From: Phoronis australis
Lineage: Eukaryota; Animalia; Phoronida
Assembly: GCA_002633005.1 (NCBI GenBank)
Contig: NMRA01001008.1
Location: 1-64,000 of the forward strand
Length of the DNA: 64,000 nucleotides
Direction of reading: 5' to 3'
In this document: piece by piece, positions 13,083 through 26,357 of the stretch
How the letters are laid out: every line of letters starts with the position of its first letter
How positions within the stretch are numbered: position 1 is the stretch's first letter
The notes under the pieces: generated by a model
Database searches by the model: none
Seen by the model: only the letters and a program-made list of their open reading frames with translations
Told to the model about the DNA's origin: nothing
Position numbers and translations under genes: made by a program

Positions 13083-13244
13083 CAATGGTGGATTCAGAGG
13101 TCAGGTAAGGGGCCATGGCCCCGGCCCCCTAAAACGCTACAAAATCAATTGGCAGTTGGGGGGCAGGGGGTGAATGTCTTATGGGCAAAACCCTACTCTG
13201 ACCTAAGCCCCCAACTCAAAATCCTGGACCCCCCATCGCCCTTG
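13083..13244. mobile_element. MITE with 5-bp TSD (hAT5-like)
   Basis: caatggtggattcagagg ... ccccatcgcccttg flanked by atctt / gtctt; shares ggggcagggg and ggccatggcccc motifs with 5955-6249. Confidence 0.5.
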
Positions 13245-14572
13245 GTCTTTACATGGATAACATTCCCTGTAAATGGGTTATGTCTGGATTCTTAAGAAGC
13301 TATCACATACTGTTATGTTTGCTAATATCTCATTGTTTTCAGGTCTCTATTAACTTGGCGTAGTACTTGGAAGAACTAGAAATCCAAACATTTGCATCGA
13401 AACAATCACCCAGGGGTGGTATTGGGCTGTTTACATCGACGTGGCAGGTAGAGCTTCATATGTTTCATTGTTGAGATAAAAATAGTGCTGCTATCAGGGT
13501 TTGAATTTGAAACAATGTGAAACATGTCTTTGGTTTTGCCAATGGGCTTATAATCTTTAACAAGCTCACTGATTCTTGTAGCCATTTGGTCAAGTCAGTG
13601 TAAAGCTTCTTGGTTTTGCTATAAGTTTCAAAAAGTATACGCGGAAGTATACATGTGAGATTAAACTTTCAGTTCTAACCCTGGTTGTGCCGGCTAAATG
13701 TCCATGAAGCATAAGTAAGAAGTTCTATGCTGGCTGGAGAGAGCTAGTTAGAATACAACTAGTTCTGCTCATTATGTAGAGTTGTGCCTTTTCTTATCAG
13801 ATTAACGTATTAAACAATGAAAAGTTCATGAAAATAAATAAATGGGCATCGTAGTTTATTGCAGTTGCCAACAGTTTCATCATTTGATAAAAATATTATT
13901 TAATTTGTCATAGAACTTGAACTAAACAGTTACAGAATACGATTCCTGGTTAGCCTGAAGTCCAACTTTTATTAACACATTAAGTTTTGTCATATGCACG
14001 GTTTGTTCTAGATTATGATAGCATGACATGTGACCACGTGTATGTTTTGTATTCAAGTTGTATAGAATAAAATTGTTTTGAATGTCGCGAATCCAAGATT
14101 ATAACTTCATTCAAAACAGTATGTGGAAAACTGACCCACTGCAGTGCATGCTTGAATTAAACTTGCAGACTAGTCTTGCACTTGAATCCTGGAGAGAGAT
14201 TGGTTAAATTTTGAGTTTGAAGACTATTTTCTAGGCTCTGTATATAAGTCAGGAAGTTTTACAAATCAGTGTTGTATAAACAGCACGATAAATGTCCAGC
14301 AAGTTAAGATGTCTTATACTGATAGCTTTTACCCGTCTGTTATTAATTTTTTTTGTCTTTATTGCAGAGTGTGCCTTCAACAATCGTTGGATAAGGAAGG
14401 CTACCCAGACTACGCAACGTACGCACTCATGAAGTGCAGCTCATGAACCTATGAATTCAGTTATCTGAGCTCAGAAACGCGCGTTTGTAGTCACAAAACA
14501 TGGATTATTTGCTTGTGAAGCCAAGCGAGCAGATCCAGCTAAAGAAGATTAAGTGGCTTGTGGTCTACCATA

Positions 14573-15069
14573 GGGCCCTTTCACATTGACTTAACTCTTG
14601 TCTGAGCGGAGCATCGGCGTACACTGCGAAGTTAACTGGGCCGTTCATTCTGGCTATGGTAGTTAATGAACTTCGAAGTTAACAGTACGAGACGCTGTCG
14701 TGATCGAAGGTATCCCAAGGTAGCACAGCACGCTAAGATGTGACAACTTGGGAACATTTACATGTGTTAGTTGACATAAAACTTATTTTGAAATTGATTG
14801 GTGATTATTATAGCAAGGTATAAGCAACTATTAGACATCACACTACTATGCTATTGTTAATGATAACAGTGGCCCCTGGCAATAACTTCGATAGGACTGA
14901 AGTTGATCGTTTATATTGCGTGGCAGCGTTGACGCTAAGCAATTAAATCCACCTGTTTAGTGCGAAGTTAACTGGCGCTGCTAACTTCCTTCCAGGACCA
15001 AAGTTTAAGCGTTCATACTGACATTAACTCCCAAAAACATCGACGCGTCGATGTTAGTATGAAAGGCCC
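14573..15069. mobile_element. PIF/Harbinger-like MITE
   Basis: TIR gggccctttcacattgac / gttagtatgaaaggccc with TA on both sides; internal repeats of gcgaagttaactgg. Confidence 0.6.
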
Positions 15070-15949
15070 TATATGTGTATGAAGTTCAGTAGCTTTAAAT
15101 TAAAGGAAAAACAATATTTTTGTGGTCAAAGGTCTAAGTTTTCTAATTTACATCTCGTATAATCAGGTTTTACTTAGGGTTACTTATAGTGAAACTTGTT
15201 CGCACCATGGAGTGTATTGGATTTACTGTTATTATGATTGTCAAAAAACGAAACTTTGTCTTTTAAATTGATATTTTTATGGTTGCAAACAATTTTCGGT
15301 GATTCTAGGCACCATTTCTAGCATAAGGATTGTACTTCCCAAAATCAGACATGTGGCCATTGTCGATAAACTTTTAGTTACCTGTTACGTTTTATGTTAT
15401 GCTCTTGTCTCTGCGGATATTTTTGGATTTTGCATATTAAGTGATTTGTTATTCTTGGTATCACTGCTGTAATTTTAGTTGAAAACGTCTGCTGTTGAAA
15501 CGTAGACTTTTTTGTAGTCCGCGAGGCTATGTAATCACTTTTCTTTGGTTGTGTTTCATGATTTGGTAGTGATTTCTCTGTTTGCACATTCCCTTTTGCT
15601 CCCCCAGTTATCGCATAATTGTCATAGACTGAGAAATATGCAAATAATGAATACATAATTAGTCTCATTTAGTCTTCACTGCATTGTATGCATGACACAT
15701 GATGAACTGATTTTTAAATGTTTCTGGTTTTTAAGATTTTGATATTTCACTTATGTTCACTTCTTTTAAGGAACTAGTGTATTTTAGGAAGTCATTTTAT
15801 TTTCTGCAATTAATCACTGTTAATGAAATGTTAATAGAAGTCTAGTTTGTTTAATCTTGATGAGAATCATTAAATTTGTTACTGTACTCCACTCTTGTTT
15901 TAGTGAAAGTCGAAATTTTTGAATGTCTGTCCTATTGAAAATTATTTCT

Positions 15950-16299
15950 TTTAGAAAACTTCAGTTTTCAAAACTTATATTCGGAAAATTAGTTTTCAAA
16001 AACTTAAGTTTATATGACTTATATTTGTTACTAAAAACTTGTTCCAAAACTTAAGTTTTTCAAAAACTTATGTTTCTGAAACTTAAGTTTTCCAAAAGTA
16101 TTTTTAAGTTTTCAGAAAACTTAAGTTTTCAGAACATAAGTTTTTGAAAAACTTAAGTTTTTGAAAACTTAAGTTATGAAAACTTAAGTCCGTTCCAAAA
16201 AACTTGTTCCAAAATACTTAAGTTTTCGCCAAAAACTTACGTTTTCGGGAATGAAAACTTAAGTTTTTCGATGAAAACTTAAGTTCATTTTTGTAAGGG
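15950..16299. repeat. Right subterminal AAAACTTAAGTTTT array and TIR
   Basis: More than ten palindromic units ending in aagttcatttttgtaaggg. Confidence 0.9.
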
Positions 16300-16736
16300 T
16301 AGGAAAGCCATCTATGGCTAAAAGTAATAAATACGGAAAGTAACTTGTGTCTAGGACAATTAACGACAAACAGGAAGGAGTCTACTAGGTATAAAATTGG
16401 CTAATTAGTGAGCGTACTGTTGCTTGTGGCTGGGCCAACAGGAAGCTGGAGAGAAAGAACAAACAGCGCTACCATCGGACTTGAATTTATTTTGACTCGG
16501 TACAAGTACACTATTGCACCAAACCCGTGTAAACATATGTTCGTATTTTGGCGTTAGTTTTCTTTCAAATATCTGGCTGACTGATATTTTCTAAGATTAA
16601 AATAGCTGTAAATTTTGGTTTTTACTGCACAGTATAACAATCTGTCATTAATTGTTTCCCGTGGGTACTACGCACACACCTGGAATCAGAGGACGTTGGG
16701 TAAAAGACACTCAAACAATTTCAGGTCTGACATCAG

Positions 16737-18118
16737 GGCCCGGTCTCCAATCTCCGTACTCAGACTCGAATCATGCTCAAACTCACACTTCATACTCAAC
16801 TCGAGTACAGACTCAGCTTTGGTGTATTCAATGTCATACTCGAAAAATCTGTACTCGAAATTTCGAGCACGTACTCAGTTTTCGAGTGTACTCGAACTGA
16901 AGTGTATCTCTTCTATATTTCGAGTACGATTTTGAGTAAAAATTTGGAGTCTATGCTCAAATTTCAAGTTTGGTATGGCAGTGTGCTTGAAATCGTACTC
17001 GAAAATAAATACGAGCCAGAGAACAAAATATCGAAAAGAAACCAAGAAACACAGCAAATCTAAAAAAATAAGTCCTCTTACCGTATCTCAGCACTTCAAT
17101 TTCAGTTCAGAGATAATAGTTTTCATCTTAAATCTTCTTATTCTTCACCTTATTAACCCGCCGTATCACTGTATGTTACGGCAGCCATTCTACTTCTACA
17201 ATTCCTGGCAACAGGCGCATTGTAATCCCTTGTCGGCGAGTCGTAACAAGCGTCGAAAGCAGTTGTGGGAAAAGTCGTGTGAGAAGTTTGTGCTGCCCTT
17301 ATTTCGGTATGTGTGCCTACGTTTTGTAGGGTTTCCAAAAGACGAGGAGGGGAGGGAAGTTAAAAAAGTTCGCTTTCCTGTCAGGTACATTTCTCATCAT
17401 AACTTAGTCATCTATAATTCCTCAATCCCCAAATGGAATTCCAGACTTTGCCGATTTCTAAGTAGACGTCTCGTCCCGTTCACTGCCACTGGTGAACTCT
17501 GAATGTCTGCACAAGTATTGTTTTTTAACTCACGTGCCAAATGTCAACTCACTTGTTACATCCCGGTAAAATACGAAGATATAGTATCAAAGTTTGACAT
17601 CAGCGTAGGCCTACACAGCAATGGGTTTTGTGTGAAGACTAAATTAGCAACAGAGATGTGATGTGATAAGCTGTTACAAATTTCTTAAGACATTTTCGAG
17701 ACTGGGTGAGGAACTCAAGAAGTAAAGCTTAGTAATTGCCAAATGTATCAAAGAAATGGCATAAGAATATTTATTGAAACTAAAAAATGAATAACAGTTA
17801 CAGAACACTCAGAATTCCACGTTATAGACATACTCTTGAAGTTGTAGCGACAGCAGACGATAATGTAGGCCTAGTTCTTGGGGTGGTCTATTCCAATAGC
17901 GAGCGATGAATCAGCGCGGCTTTGCGTGATTTTGCACTTCACATCATAAAGAGTTCCATAGCAACTCGAGTATGAGTGTCAGATTTGAGTACGTTTGGAG
18001 TCTACTCGAAATAAGACATTAGATACGCTTTTTTGAGTACGACTCCAGTGAGCACGATTTTGAGTATGAAATCTCGAGTATGAGTATGAGTCTGAGTACG
18101 GAGATTGGAGACCGGGCC
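16737..18118. mobile_element. Non-autonomous PIF/Harbinger element
   Basis: 31-bp perfect TIR ggcccggtctccaatctccgtactcagactc; 3-bp TSD CAG (16734-16736, 18119-18121); subterminal TACTCGA-type repeats. Confidence 0.85.
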
Positions 18119-18924
18119 CAGGTAACGCATCCCAATATAAGTTTTCAAAGAAAGAAATACGACACTGCCTTATCTATTTTTAAAGTTAATTCCACTCTTA
18201 TTGTATAGTACATTTGTGAAGGTTTTGTCTGTCATATTTAGGAAAGAATATATAAATGAGGCTTAAAAGTTTTGGGCCATGTGGTTTGAAATTTAGCCGC
18301 CTTTTATACCAAAATCGGGTCCACCAACCTTAAATTTGCAGCATTCGCATGTTTCGTATCTGTTGCGCATCGATCCACAATTTTTATAAGCTCCACATCT
18401 ATCCGACTACATCAAATGCGAAAAGAATAGGTTCTTGCATATTCTAATAAAAGACTGAAGAGGAAAGTTAAATCGTAGTCCCCAGACAAATGCAATCAAA
18501 ATGGTAAAAAGTTATCATGATTTACAAATTTTAACGGAGTCCAGATAGCGTGGCTCTATGGTTACAGAACATGCCCCCTAGTGTGACTAACCTGTTTACC
18601 ATTTTTCTAACACCTTCCAACTAATTATGCAGTTTGGGATTTCGTCAGCTGCTGACTTGGCGCCACCCGGTTCTAATTCCTCTCGTTTCAGACAGAAGTC
18701 AATTTTAGTGAGGAAGGGGTGCTTTTACTGAGAGCTCGGGAAAAAGACTGGCCGGTAACATTTAAATTCGTATTTGTTTTATGTCTACTTAACCGATCGA
18801 CCATTCCGGGATTAGTACAAGGTGGGTGATCAAGTTAAACCAGTCAAGCTTATTTGCTCTTCCAGTTCTAGCTGAGTTAAATACACATGTAAATACACAT
18901 ATAAAATGTTCATATGTTTCTTAC

Positions 18925-19007
18925 CCTTGGGTTGAAAGTTGGTGGCAGGTCGATGTCGCCTTCAAACTTTCCCGCTAATTCTTCCGGATTTGCTTCCTCA
19001 TGGACTC
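18925..19007 (-). CDS. Astacin-family metalloprotease propeptide exon
   Basis: Acceptor attcctcag, donor gtaaga; encodes VHEEANPEELAGKFEGDIDLPPTFNPR, containing the astacin propeptide FEGDI motif; phase 1 to 0. Confidence 0.75.
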
Positions 19008-19769
19008 CTGAGGAATATGAGACATTTCGTCACTTATTGTACTCTTTCTAGTATTCATCAGTCGACGGAACTGGCTTGTGTGGCGTACAGTACATGTCCA
19101 TCGAATCATATCAAAATAAGCAAGGCAAATCGACGACTTATAAAGCTTTCTTAGAAAGGGATTTTTGTTATTCGGAATTGCGTATGGTCCTGGCAATGTT
19201 TTGCCATCAGAAGAAAGCAAAATTTAAACATCCAAATTTGCCACTGCAAGAAAGCAGCAAACAAAGACCGGTCGGTGGCAGCAGTTTTGAACATTCGCCG
19301 TTGCCTGAGCCCATTGAATTGAACTCCAAAGTTTGCAAGCGTTACTCGAAGCTGTTTGAATTAACTCCGTGAGCATTCTCGCGGTGACGTACAACTGAAT
19401 CCTTGCCACTCATCACATTTGGCACGACTTCAGCGTGGTCGGATTAATGCTTTAAAGTATTGTAGGAACTAAATTTACATGGCCGTAGAAGACAATAACC
19501 ATTAAAAGACGTTTTCGTTTAAAAAAGGTAAACAGGAGTGACGGGCTCATTTCTTAGACTGAAAATTTTCAATGAACTAAGTAAATACATAAATACTCGA
19601 ATCATTAAAATACAGAAGTATAGTGTTGGATATTATAGTGCGGATACTTTTGATCTGAAGTTGGTTAAAGTATACCTAATGCCACATCAATTGATGTTAA
19701 TTTTGTTTTTCGCGCCCTAAGTTTGAGTGCAGTCTTACATGTACACATGTGGTGAAAAAAGGTACTTAC

Positions 19770-19790
19770 GTGCAGTTCGTCTTCCTAATG
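19770..19790 (-). CDS. 21-nt exon, probable astacin pro-region
   Basis: ttcttctgcag|CATTAGGAAGACGAACTGCAC|gtaagt; phase 1-1, reads xLGRRTA(R) in frame with the 18925-19007 exon. Confidence 0.55.
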
Positions 19791-22700
19791 CTGCAGAAGA
19801 ACGGCCGTCAGTCTACAAAATTTGATTATAGTATTATCTACTTAATGCCCGGCTGTTATTCATAAAACATCTCTACGTATAAAGAATCGGCTATGCACTA
19901 TTCACAAGATTGTCTGATTGAACATCGGAAGGCTTCATCGTCAATTACCAAAAGTGTTCTAAACAGTACTTGTATCTGTATTTGCCCACCTTTTGAACGG
20001 ATCTGGCGAATATATGCGTCTGAAGTAAAGCTATGATCAAGAAAGACAAGACCAACACGATGCGGTGATTAATTCCCGACAAATTGAAAAAAAATACTAG
20101 CAATGAAAATGTAACGCATTGAAGATATGTTTTATCCAGTTGATCAGCCCTGGCTAGTTCCATCTCTTTTTATCACTCCGGCTGGTCTGCTAACTCAGCT
20201 TGTCCGGAACCCTGCTTTGCAGGTAGTTATAGCCCAGCGTAGTAATCTTGTGTGGCGATTCTCTGAGTGTGCAGGGCTAGCCTGGACTGAAAGTGAAATA
20301 TCTCGGCCAAAACTTCATCGATTTTCGTGGGAGAAAAACGCTTGTTTTCAGAATTTTACGAGGAATTTGTTGATGAATCTTTTACATGTCATTGAAAAAG
20401 GCGAAAATACAAACGCGCGAGTCATATTTCTTCAGGCAGCCCTTAGCGGCTTCACGGGCAATAAAATGTAATCGGCCGAATAGATTCGTCGACCACAGAT
20501 TTACCCTGTGGTTTTTCCGCTTGATCCCAGACCGCCCCGAGTTGCTCCAGCAGCCAACTCGGGGCGGTCTCTCACGAGGGTTTAGCGTTATGGTTTGGTG
20601 TACTCCCTTGGTACTTTATATGATATTTGCCCATTTGGCAGTTTGTACCCACTTGGTACTTGTTATTGACATTGCCGTTTTGCTCGACCCAGTTGGTAGG
20701 CAATCGGCCACTACCCATTTGGTATTGTGTACCCATTTGGTACTATGCTAACCTGTGCCACTTAGCATCCGTTACTCAAATGTACTTTTGGGTATCGGAA
20801 ATGTGTGTGTTATCTCTTGTAATTAAGGAACCCATCTGGTTCTGTGAAATATTTATTTGTAGAGCTGTGACCCTTAAATTCCCAATACAGCTTAAAATAT
20901 ACATTATTCTTGTTGTTTTATTTGTCCCCAATAAGGTACATGTAGTTCTCTCTCTGAAGAGTTTTCGTTGAAGTAAGGTGTTAAAAAGGAGCGATAGGCT
21001 GTCTTGTCGGGAATTTTGTCTCCCTGGAGAAGCTCCACGTAAAGGGTATGCAAACGTTAATGTGTCCTCTCGGACAAATCCTGTTATCGTATCTCACAAC
21101 GTATTTAAACAAGCTGTTTGTGGAAACATCACCAAACATGGTCATGACGTTAGTAAAGAAAGAGGTTGCGTAGTTTATATTTAAATATCATTACTACTCG
21201 TTCCCCGAACATCGATTAGCTCCAATTTGCTATTGTTATAGTGACATACATGTATGTAGCCGGAAGTGTTCTCTCGGTTAGTAACTCCCTTCAAACTGTG
21301 AAAGTTGCTTAAAGATCTTTTCTCAAAAACCTATTTTAAATATAACGCTTAGTAAATATATACCAAAATAAGTTATGTTTAACAGTTTTCCCGCTTTTTG
21401 TTATCCAACTCAAATTTTTACCTCTACCAAAATCAGAAAATCATTGACAATTCTCGACTATACCCGTGATTGAGTTCCCTGTACTTCACTTTCAGAACGG
21501 TTCTTGAACTACGGCCATGTTGTCCTCGAAAATGTATTTATTTTACTTCTGCTGAGCATAAAACCCGTTGTTATTTTATTTGATTGTTTCCGATTCAAAT
21601 TTTGGATCTCGAAATACACACTTGGTTGTATGTTGATGAAATATTGTAAGTTAAAATGGTTAATACGTCTCACGTCTCACAGTCAGGACCATAGACATCA
21701 CATAGACCAGGCGCGCGCCACTCAGATACATGCAGCTCGCGTTGTCAATATGACGCCATATTGGAGAGTGTTACACAGGACAAAAATGGCGGAAAACACT
21801 GGGAGCCTTACGGCATCAGTCAAAAAATCGGCGGGCTCCTAGTGTTATGCTTGCAGCCAAACAGTTAAGTTTTTTGGTCCTGCATTTGAGTCGTGGATTT
21901 TTTGTTCGGTCATGGAGTTTAGAGGTGCTGCCACCAGGTTTTTATGTTCTGCCACCATAGTTTAAGGGGAGCGATTATGCGTATAGTCCGGATACCTATC
22001 GTCGTCAGGCTCCAAAGGTCGTCCGCCATCTTCTTTCGCGTACAGCGCAGCCACGCGGGATTTAGCGTTCCAATTTGGAGTGCTCGTCTGCACGTTAGGT
22101 ACTAACCTCTCGGGAGAAACACGCATGGAAGAACTGAGACTAAAATTAATGCATTTACCGACTCTTTTTTTGAGACCACTTAAAAAATTGTAGATTTTAC
22201 TAATGCACTTTTTTGTTCATTTTCAGAAGATATTTTCGAAATTAAATTTTCTTCAGAAGAAACAAAAAGCAACTCGGGGGTTGTTTATGCAATTTATCTA
22301 TTTGTCCCAGGCACTAACCGACATCTGTTAGGCCAAAGGAAAAACGCAGCAGACAAATGGAACACGCTGGGTGCTTAACAGTTTCGGCCCACGCCTTGGT
22401 CATCAAAATATTGTTCACTTGTTTTTTTATTGCCACACAAAGAACTGAGCTCAACATTTATGTTGAAATTTTTGGTTAAAGCATTTTGAATTTATATGAA
22501 GAAAATTAAAATACTTGAATTGATAGAGAATGGCCACCAATAAAGTAAAACATTGATTTTATTTCACTATATTGCAATTGTTACACATACAACACAGCAT
22601 GACATAATCAAAAATAAAAGAAGAGATTGAGCAATAAAATTCAAGTGCAACTTTGATATTTATTTATTTATTTATGAATGCAGAAGCCTGTTAAAGGTGA

Positions 22701-23395
22701 GACAAATCAAACAATACGATAATGGGTAATTTATTAGAACAAACTTCCGCCGACCAAGTCTCAAAGCAGTACAGTTCTGTTTTGGCTGACAAGGTGTTAA
22801 CAGAGAATGAAGAGAAACTGAAAAGAAAAAGAAGGACAGAAGAGATAAGTGGTGTTAAGAACAACAAGAGCAAAAAGTCAAATAAAGGGGTCACAAATAC
22901 AAAATAAGTAAGGTCTATCTGGAATAAAATAATTGCGATTTATTTTCCAGAACTGAAATTCTAAATCAATTTTAATCGATATAAAAATCGATGTCATACT
23001 AGTTAAACAGTTTGTGGTTGAACTAGAGTTGCTGTAAACCACTTTCCACAATTTTCTTGGCCTTTTTCTGTGTGGTTTTCTGTTCTTTCAAAAGGCGGCA
23101 GCATATGACGACCATAGGAGTCATTATAAAATGGCTGCCGAAAAGCAATGCAGAGTTGAACAACTCGGCTTAAGTAAAAGAAAACGTTTGAATCAACGAA
23201 TACTATACACTTGTAAGAGTTAAATCAAATCCTATTCAGAGCATAACTTTGAAATGGAATAATTGGGTGAGTACGACAACAAGCCGGTTTTATGCTTAGG
23301 CGGACGACCATTGGGTTCCCGAGTATACTTATGAAAAAATTTGGAAATTTTGTGCATTTGCACTGCTTGCTTACGAGCTCTTTGTTTTGTGACTT

Positions 23396-24425
23396 ATATA
23401 TATATATATATATATATATACATGCATATATACATTGTACGCTGGTACAAAGATCACGGCAGATGTAAAATACTGCAAAGAATGACAAATGGAGGTTTCA
23501 GTAACTTTAATAATGTTCTGTTGAATGTCGAACGACTAGTGTCATGCACATGCACATGCACACACTCACACAAACACACACACACACACACACACATTTA
23601 CCACTATAATTCGGCAGTAATCTTTTTCGTATGCGTATTTCATTGAAGACGCAACGTTTAATTTCGATTCTTTCAAATTCCGTGAAAAGACATTTTGTAT
23701 TTACATCACAGAAGTGCAATAAAAACCCAATATACTTCAGTAGATAACAAAGAGATGTTTCGAGACACACATCTCATCTCCAGGCTTGCATTTACAACTA
23801 GGTCACTGTGAAATTTACATCAGAAATAACAAATGCAATGTAACACATGAAATTCGAATGCGAAACTGTTTTATCGGTCCCCGGGTATATTGTCCGATCC
23901 CCGGGATTCCTGTTTTAAAGTACGAGGTTCGTGTTGTACTGACTGGTTAGCTGTTTTGAAGGTTCAGGTGGTTTTTTTCGACTCCGGGATATCTGTTTTA
24001 CACCGGTTCGATGGAACACTCTCTCGCTATATACGTGTGTGTGTGTTTGTTTGTCTGTGTGTGTGTTTGTGTGTGTGTGTATGTGTGCATATATGAATAT
24101 CACTATATGTTGGCAGTAATCGGCCTCGTATACATATTTCCTTGAAGACACGACTTTGATCTGTTCTTACAAGTTCAATTTCTGTTCTTTCATACCCTCT
24201 AAGTAGATATCTTGTCTTTACATCACAACAGTGCAATAAAAATTCAAACGACATCAGTAAGTAACTGATTTTTATTACACAGTTGTGATGTGAAACAAGA
24301 TCTCTATTTAGAGAATTTAAAAGAACTGAAATTAAACTCGTAAAACAGATCAAAGTAGTGTTTTCAATGGAATATATACGAATATATGTACTTATGTACT
24401 TATGTATGTATGTATGTATGAATGT
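23396..24425. repeat. Microsatellite cluster (TA)n, (CA)n, (TG)n, (TATG)n
   Basis: Approximately 23396-23420, 23548-23596, 24034-24088 and 24385-24425. Confidence 0.9.
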
Positions 24426-25159
24426 ATTTAATATTGCGTATATTTGTTGGTGATCTATTAAGGTTCATTTGTAAGAAATTTGAAAAAAATCGATACATCT
24501 GTTGCTAAGAAACTACTTGTCAAAAAGTGGGTAACTTCTTGGAACACATGATGTATACACACACCGCACGCACAAACACACATGTACACGCGTGCAAACG
24601 CACATTCACACACAAAATGGCATGCAAGCTATGTTGGTTTTAAACAACTGGTGCAAAAAGTGGAAATCGGCTGTAAACATGACAAAAACTAACGTTGTCC
24701 ATTTTCGAGCTAAGTCTATGCCTAGAAGCAACTTATTTTAAACAGTGTCATTAGTTATAAATCCTCATATAAATATTTAGGCTGTATTCTGGGTCAACAC
24801 CTTGACTTAAAAGAAAATTTGAATACGTCTTATCTGAAGCTTCTGGTAGAGCGTTAGTGAAGATATGTTCAACAAAAATTTAGGATTCGAAAGACGGTAT
24901 AAGTGAGAGCAGGAAGTATCAACAACCTGACAACCTGAAATTTTGCTACGGCGCAAGGACCCAATGTGCATAGGCCCCAAAAAAGACTGCGGTTGGCGTT
25001 AACCAAGAAATCCAACTCAGTTGGACAGACCAAAAAAGGAGAATAGACGACGTGCGAAAGTTTGTCAAGATGTAAAATCAAATCAAGTAACATCGCTGAA
25101 TGCTTAACGCTTTCTGTTGTGTTCTGTCTATGGCACGCTACTATAGAAACAATTTGAAG

Positions 25160-26357
25160 TTAATAGGACGACGGACATCCAAGCTGCAGCGAGCCGGAAA
25201 CCCTCCACCGTACATAGGTGGTGTGCGGAATCGTCTTGTCCTCCTCATATACGTAGAGGGATAACACGGTTTTGAAAGTTGTCACTCGTGCATTGTACAC
25301 AAAAAGACGAACGTAGATGAAAACCAAACGAGAACATTTGGGTCTCTGTGGAAGGCACAATTTGAGGCTGGAGGCTGGTTGTGGACTAAGGACACAGAGC
25401 AATGTTTCCGACTCATCTCGCAATGTCCAACTTGAGACCAGGTATGGTCTTGTGGTCAGATAAAATGAAGGAGGTAATGCTGTTGTCGAGTTCACAGTCC
25501 CTTGTAGTGGTAAACAAAAACTGAATGGTAAATTTCAAGGAAACCAGGAATGCATCGATAAAGAATAGCTTTTGCCACAGCCTTTCTCTAAACAGTTGAA
25601 GTAGGATGCAGAGAATTAACCTATCGCCAGGATTTTGAGTGACGGCTTAACTGACCATTTAGAAACACCTTCGTTTCCAAGCCGCCATTTTACCCAACAA
25701 ACAACACGTTGCCGGGTAAAACTTTGTTTGTCGAAATTACGCTAGGGGCGGAGGTTGCGATAGGTCAATTTGCATCAAGAAGCACAAAGAGGTTTCATAT
25801 AGCACGTTGAGACGAAAGAGATAGGGGATACAATGGAATATTCCGCATGGTTTGAGCATCGTTGTCAACAGATGTGACCCGTATGCTAAATGCCGATAAC
25901 GGATTAATAACAATACTTTTGTGATTTTGTTACGTGACTTCCAGTCCCACTTCCGTAGCGTTCTTCATCGAGACTTGTCTTGGTCACCAGTTTGATTACG
26001 TTAACTAACAGCAAGGCTACAGCAGACACCGCCCTTGCATGTTTTTGAAATTGATATTGGGCATTTGTGCCTCTACACAAGAGTGCGGGTCATTCTGAAC
26101 TTACGAGAGTACTCTGAAGAAGACAGATTGAAAAAGTCTGTTCAACAGCAGTTGTATTAAATTATTAGTGAGCAATTGTTGACACTCTGCCGCTTTGATA
26201 CCCAAAATGTGCACCCACCTCTTCAGGGATTCACAAGGAACAGGTGACCACGTTTGGCTTAAAGCAACAGTTGCCTTTCTTTGAACACAGCTCAAAAATT
26301 GTACACGGTGCTGTCCAGTAGTATGAAACAAGTCATGCTCATTTTGTTTTTGAAGAT
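25160..26357 (-). pseudogene. Two exon-like segments; possible IL-17/cystine-knot relic or alternative 3' exons
   Basis: 26105-26357 (tttttgttaacag ... gtaagt) and 25160-25520 (ccattcag ... TAA) splice in frame. Shifted frames show NIALCP*, PQIVPS, PKC, RVTTFKTVL and LAAAWMSVV, which loosely echo IL-17 motifs. Confidence 0.25.

Larger units (their letters stand above)
1063..16299. mobile_element. 15.2-kb non-autonomous TIR element with modular subterminal repeats (CMC/EnSpm-like or foldback-type)
   Basis: 26-bp perfect TIR cccttacaaaaatgaacttaagtttt starting at 1063 and its reverse complement ending at 16299; TA on both sides (1061-1062, 16300-16301); arrays of AAAACTTAAGTTTT inside both ends. 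No transposase ORF seen, so the superfamily is inferred from the CCC..GGG ends and 2-bp TSD. Confidence 0.8.

Noticed and set aside
16975-17502. 175-aa ORF inside the Harbinger element
   Set aside because: No DDE or Myb/SANT motifs; it overlaps the repeat region.
22722-22907. Lys-rich ORF resembling an NLS
   Set aside because: Purine-rich low-complexity DNA without splice or homology support.
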